From contig CM060732.1 of NCBI GenBank assembly GCA_030704615.1, positions 38,564,001-38,628,000 on the forward strand: DNA of 64,000 nucleotides, given 5' to 3'. This document shows positions 61,022 to 64,000 of this stretch, in pieces. Position 1 is the first letter of the stretch, and the number at the start of each line of letters is the position of its first letter. The DNA is from Takakia lepidozioides (taxonomy: Eukaryota > Plantae > Bryophyta). A model generated the notes under the pieces. That model was not told where the DNA came from. It saw only the letters and a program-made list of their open reading frames with translations, and made no database searches. Made by a program: the position numbers and the translations under genes.

Positions 61022-63770
61022 ATGATTCTAAAGAAGCCGAGCTGGGCAGAGAATCTACCGGAAGCTTCAGCAGAGTCATCTCCCTCCAACCATAACCCAC
61101 AAACACCGGTGGTGGAGTTGGTCTTCGCTCTCAAAGATCAAAGGCTGAACAGGGAAGTGGCACTGGCTCTGAGGACAGGATTGAGGGATGCACAAGCCGA
61201 GTTTGGGTTCATGAGAGTAAGGGGTCTGAATTCACTGGTCAAGTTTCTAGCTTCGTCCGCCAAGTCACAGAGGGTCATTGAGCTTTTTCAGGACAGTCAG
61301 AGCTACCAGGACCTGCAAGGTATCTTCCTGTGCTGTTAGCTTCCGGTTTCCCTTGTGAGCCAGCCGCTATCTGCATTGAAATCGGAATTAACACATGTGA
61401 CTGAGAACTAATTCAGAACGTAAGCGTAGATCTGCACTTAATTCATTGTTCAAGGACTCAAATGAGGAGATGCTTTAGCCAGTCACAGTTGTGGATTGCA
61501 TAGTTGCCGCCTCAAGTACTGGGGGACAACCGTGCGTACGAATTAGTGGTATGTACTTCTCTTTGAGGCAGTTTACCATAGTATGGATCTTACTTGTGGA
61601 TTTGTCTGTATGAAATGGTGGAGCAGTCGTGCCAGCGTTGTTTGGGCATACATTGGCCTCTCACAAATGGGCAGGCAAGGCCCCTGGAGGGAGCCTGGTT
61701 GAAGTGGAGAGTCCCCCCAGAGAAGTGGAGGGTTCTCCTATAGGAGTGGAGAGTCCTCCCACCTGTGTGGAGAAAGCACTTGCTCTCCGAGTGCTGGAAG
61801 GCTGCTGCCTCCTTGACAGTGCTAGCCGAATTAGTGCCTCTCGATATGGCGCAGTGTCGGTAAATTCTCCCCCTTTTTCCTTCTCTCTTTTAGCTTATTC
61901 ACAACTACTGATCTGTGTGTGTGTGTCTGTGTGAGAGAGAGAGAACCTCCCACACCAGGCAATATACTGAGATTCAAACCAAGGGTGGACTCCCTTGGCC
62001 TGTAAGCAATGAATGGGGAAAATGTGCACTTCATATCCAATCTTTGGAAATGATAGTGAGCATAGTGAGCAGTTGCAGCTGGATTGCAATTGGTATCCTA
62101 CCCATAAGAGTCCTCTTACTGAACAGACTGGTCCAGCAGCTCTCTCTGATCAGTTTGAGACAACACCAGAAGCTGTGACTCACGTGGACTCGAACCTATG
62201 GTAGAGAGTATTTCAAGATATAAGCTGGCAGGTCAAAATCAACGTAACGAAGAAGTCTTCTGAGATATAGTCTGGTGTGACTTGTTGGGATTGTGGAGGA
62301 CCTCATGTTAAGAAGGATTGCTCGGAGAGAGGCAAAGGGCCGACACAGGCATAGCCTACACAATTACAGTGTGGGCATTGTGGCAAGTATGGGCATGAGG
62401 AGGCCCATTGTTATGACTTGCATCTTGAGCTACGGCCAGGCCAGTTCCAGGGGAACAATGGTGGCCGAGGACGAGGCAATGTAGTCCAGAGAGGTAGAGG
62501 AGGTAGAGGTCGTGGTGGAGGTCATACGCTCCTTCCTGTTCCTTCAGCACAGTGTTGGGACTATGTCTCTCTCGCACACACAGCATGCCTGTCGGTCATG
62601 TCATCACTTTCTCCTTGCCCGTGTTGCATGCGTCTCATGTTTCTTGTGTGTGTGGCCAGGAGCTAATGGACTTGTTCTTAGCTGGAGGGCCTTCAGAGCA
62701 AAGGGGATGCCTAGATTGTTTGTTAGCAGTCATGCTGGACTCCCCCATCAACCAAAAGGTTCGCATCTTTCCCCCTATATGAATATCACATGCTTGACTG
62801 TGCCTTTGAGGATCGATCTCCTATGGGAGACTAAATGTGGAGCATGTCTGTGCCCACTCATTAACCAGGAATGAGGATTTTGGAAAGTTGTTGCAGGAGG
62901 GATAGGCATTTGGTTTGTATGAGTTTATTCATGGATGCCAGATGGTTAACTAGATTACAGATTCTTCCATTTCAACTTTTCTTGGAAGCCCCTTAGTTAC
63001 ATCAGGGCCTTCCCTGTTCTATGATTTAGGCGTCCCACAGAAGGCACCTGCCTTCTCCTGAGTTTGACGGGGAAAGGGTTCTGGTTACAGTTGCCATGGC
63101 TGCTACTTCTCTAAGCAACACTGCTGGTAGATGGAAGACTCTTCCAGAGGAATTGTATGCAGGTACTGTAATGAAGGCGTGTGTGTGCTGCACAGGAGTT
63201 TGAACGGGTGAATGGACTTGGCAAGATTGCAGATTTTTTAAGAAATGACCATCTAGATGCGACAATCAGGTTTGGATCTCCGGTGCATTGTCTTGTCCTT
63301 AAGGTTTGAACAGGGAGGGACACATTGTCTTGTTTCCCCTGGGTTGCTCCAGGATTTTCATGACAGATATATGAGAGCATGATCTTTCCCCATCCCCCAT
63401 GAACACATTGGTATGTAACTGATAAATTAGAGATGTTTGGGCTAGAAACAAGAAAAATGTGACAAAGATTCGATGATCTTGCAGGATAAAGATTGCGGAG
63501 TTCATTGTAGTATTGGTGGGGCATGTGCTCAGTCCGAGTAGACCTTCCAGCGGGGTACTTCAAGAGGAAGGACAGAAGTCGGAGAGGATGGCCAAATGGG
63601 CCCATCAAGCACTTGTGGAGGTGCTGGGTGCAGACAGTTCACCTGTGGTGGATGCCATAATTGAGGCTGGACCCACTTCGTTATTAGATGCAGAGCCAGC
63701 AAAGTTCATTGCTTTCTTTACAAGAGCACTTGCCAAGTTGAAGGAGGTGCCAGATGCAATCATTTATTAA
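61022..63770 (+). CDS. Plant ARM-like / Cdc14 (SIN component, PF08045-like) protein, 329 aa; exons 61022-61319, 61627-61859, 62660-62758, 63196-63269, 63485-63770
   Basis: REVALALRTGLRDAQAEF, LQVVPALF, ALALRVLEGCCLL and EQRGCLDCLLAVMLDS match a conserved plant family. All introns are GT-AG and the spliced length is 990 nt, in frame. Confidence 0.85.
62230..62520 (+). mobile_element. LTR-retrotransposon gag fragment (two zinc knuckles plus RGG tract) in intron 2
   Basis: CWDCGGPHVKKDC and CGHCGKYGHEEAHC, followed by GGRGRG repeats. Confidence 0.7.
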
Positions 63771-64000
63771 TGAAGGGTAAATTTGGATATTTCACAGGGA
63801 TGCAGATGTCTGTGGACCATCATGGGGTCCACACTCAAATGATCCCTCAGATATTTATGGATTCACAAAGGGATTTCCAGTGGAAACATTTAAATGACAA
63901 TTTAAAAAATGTGAAATCAAAAAAGCTTGAAGGAGGTTAGGCCACATTCCTACCCGAGCTGTTGGGAGTGACAAAAAGACTCTCATAACTTATCTGGGCA

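Overview
Eukaryotic nuclear DNA from a non-seed land plant, most likely a moss (moss-type PLS/DYW PPR repeats, spliceosomal introns, plant TE families). A 500-N gap lies at 27837-28336. Left third: a decayed MULE (transposase plus Ulp1 protease), then a patchwork of Helitron Rep and helicase fragments interleaved with copies of two genes found elsewhere in this window (SDR and ABCC). Next come an intact 829-aa fungal-type HET-domain gene with a 74-nt intron, a divergently oriented frameshifted remnant of a second fungal-type membrane-protein gene, several MITEs, a decayed LINE and a frameshifted ABCC/MRP transporter gene. Middle: the right arm of a probable CACTA-type element carrying a multi-exon ParB/Srx-like (DGNHR) gene and a ~63-64-bp-phased array of a 26-28-bp palindrome, followed by nested TE remnants. 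Right half: an SDR gene, four intronless PLS-class PPR genes (two with intact DYW domains, two that have lost it) and a five-exon Cdc14(SIN)/ARM-like gene. Main candidates for new biology are the fungus-derived HET plus partner gene pair and the ParB-like gene with its parS-like palindrome array. All family assignments come from motif recognition by eye; no searches were run.
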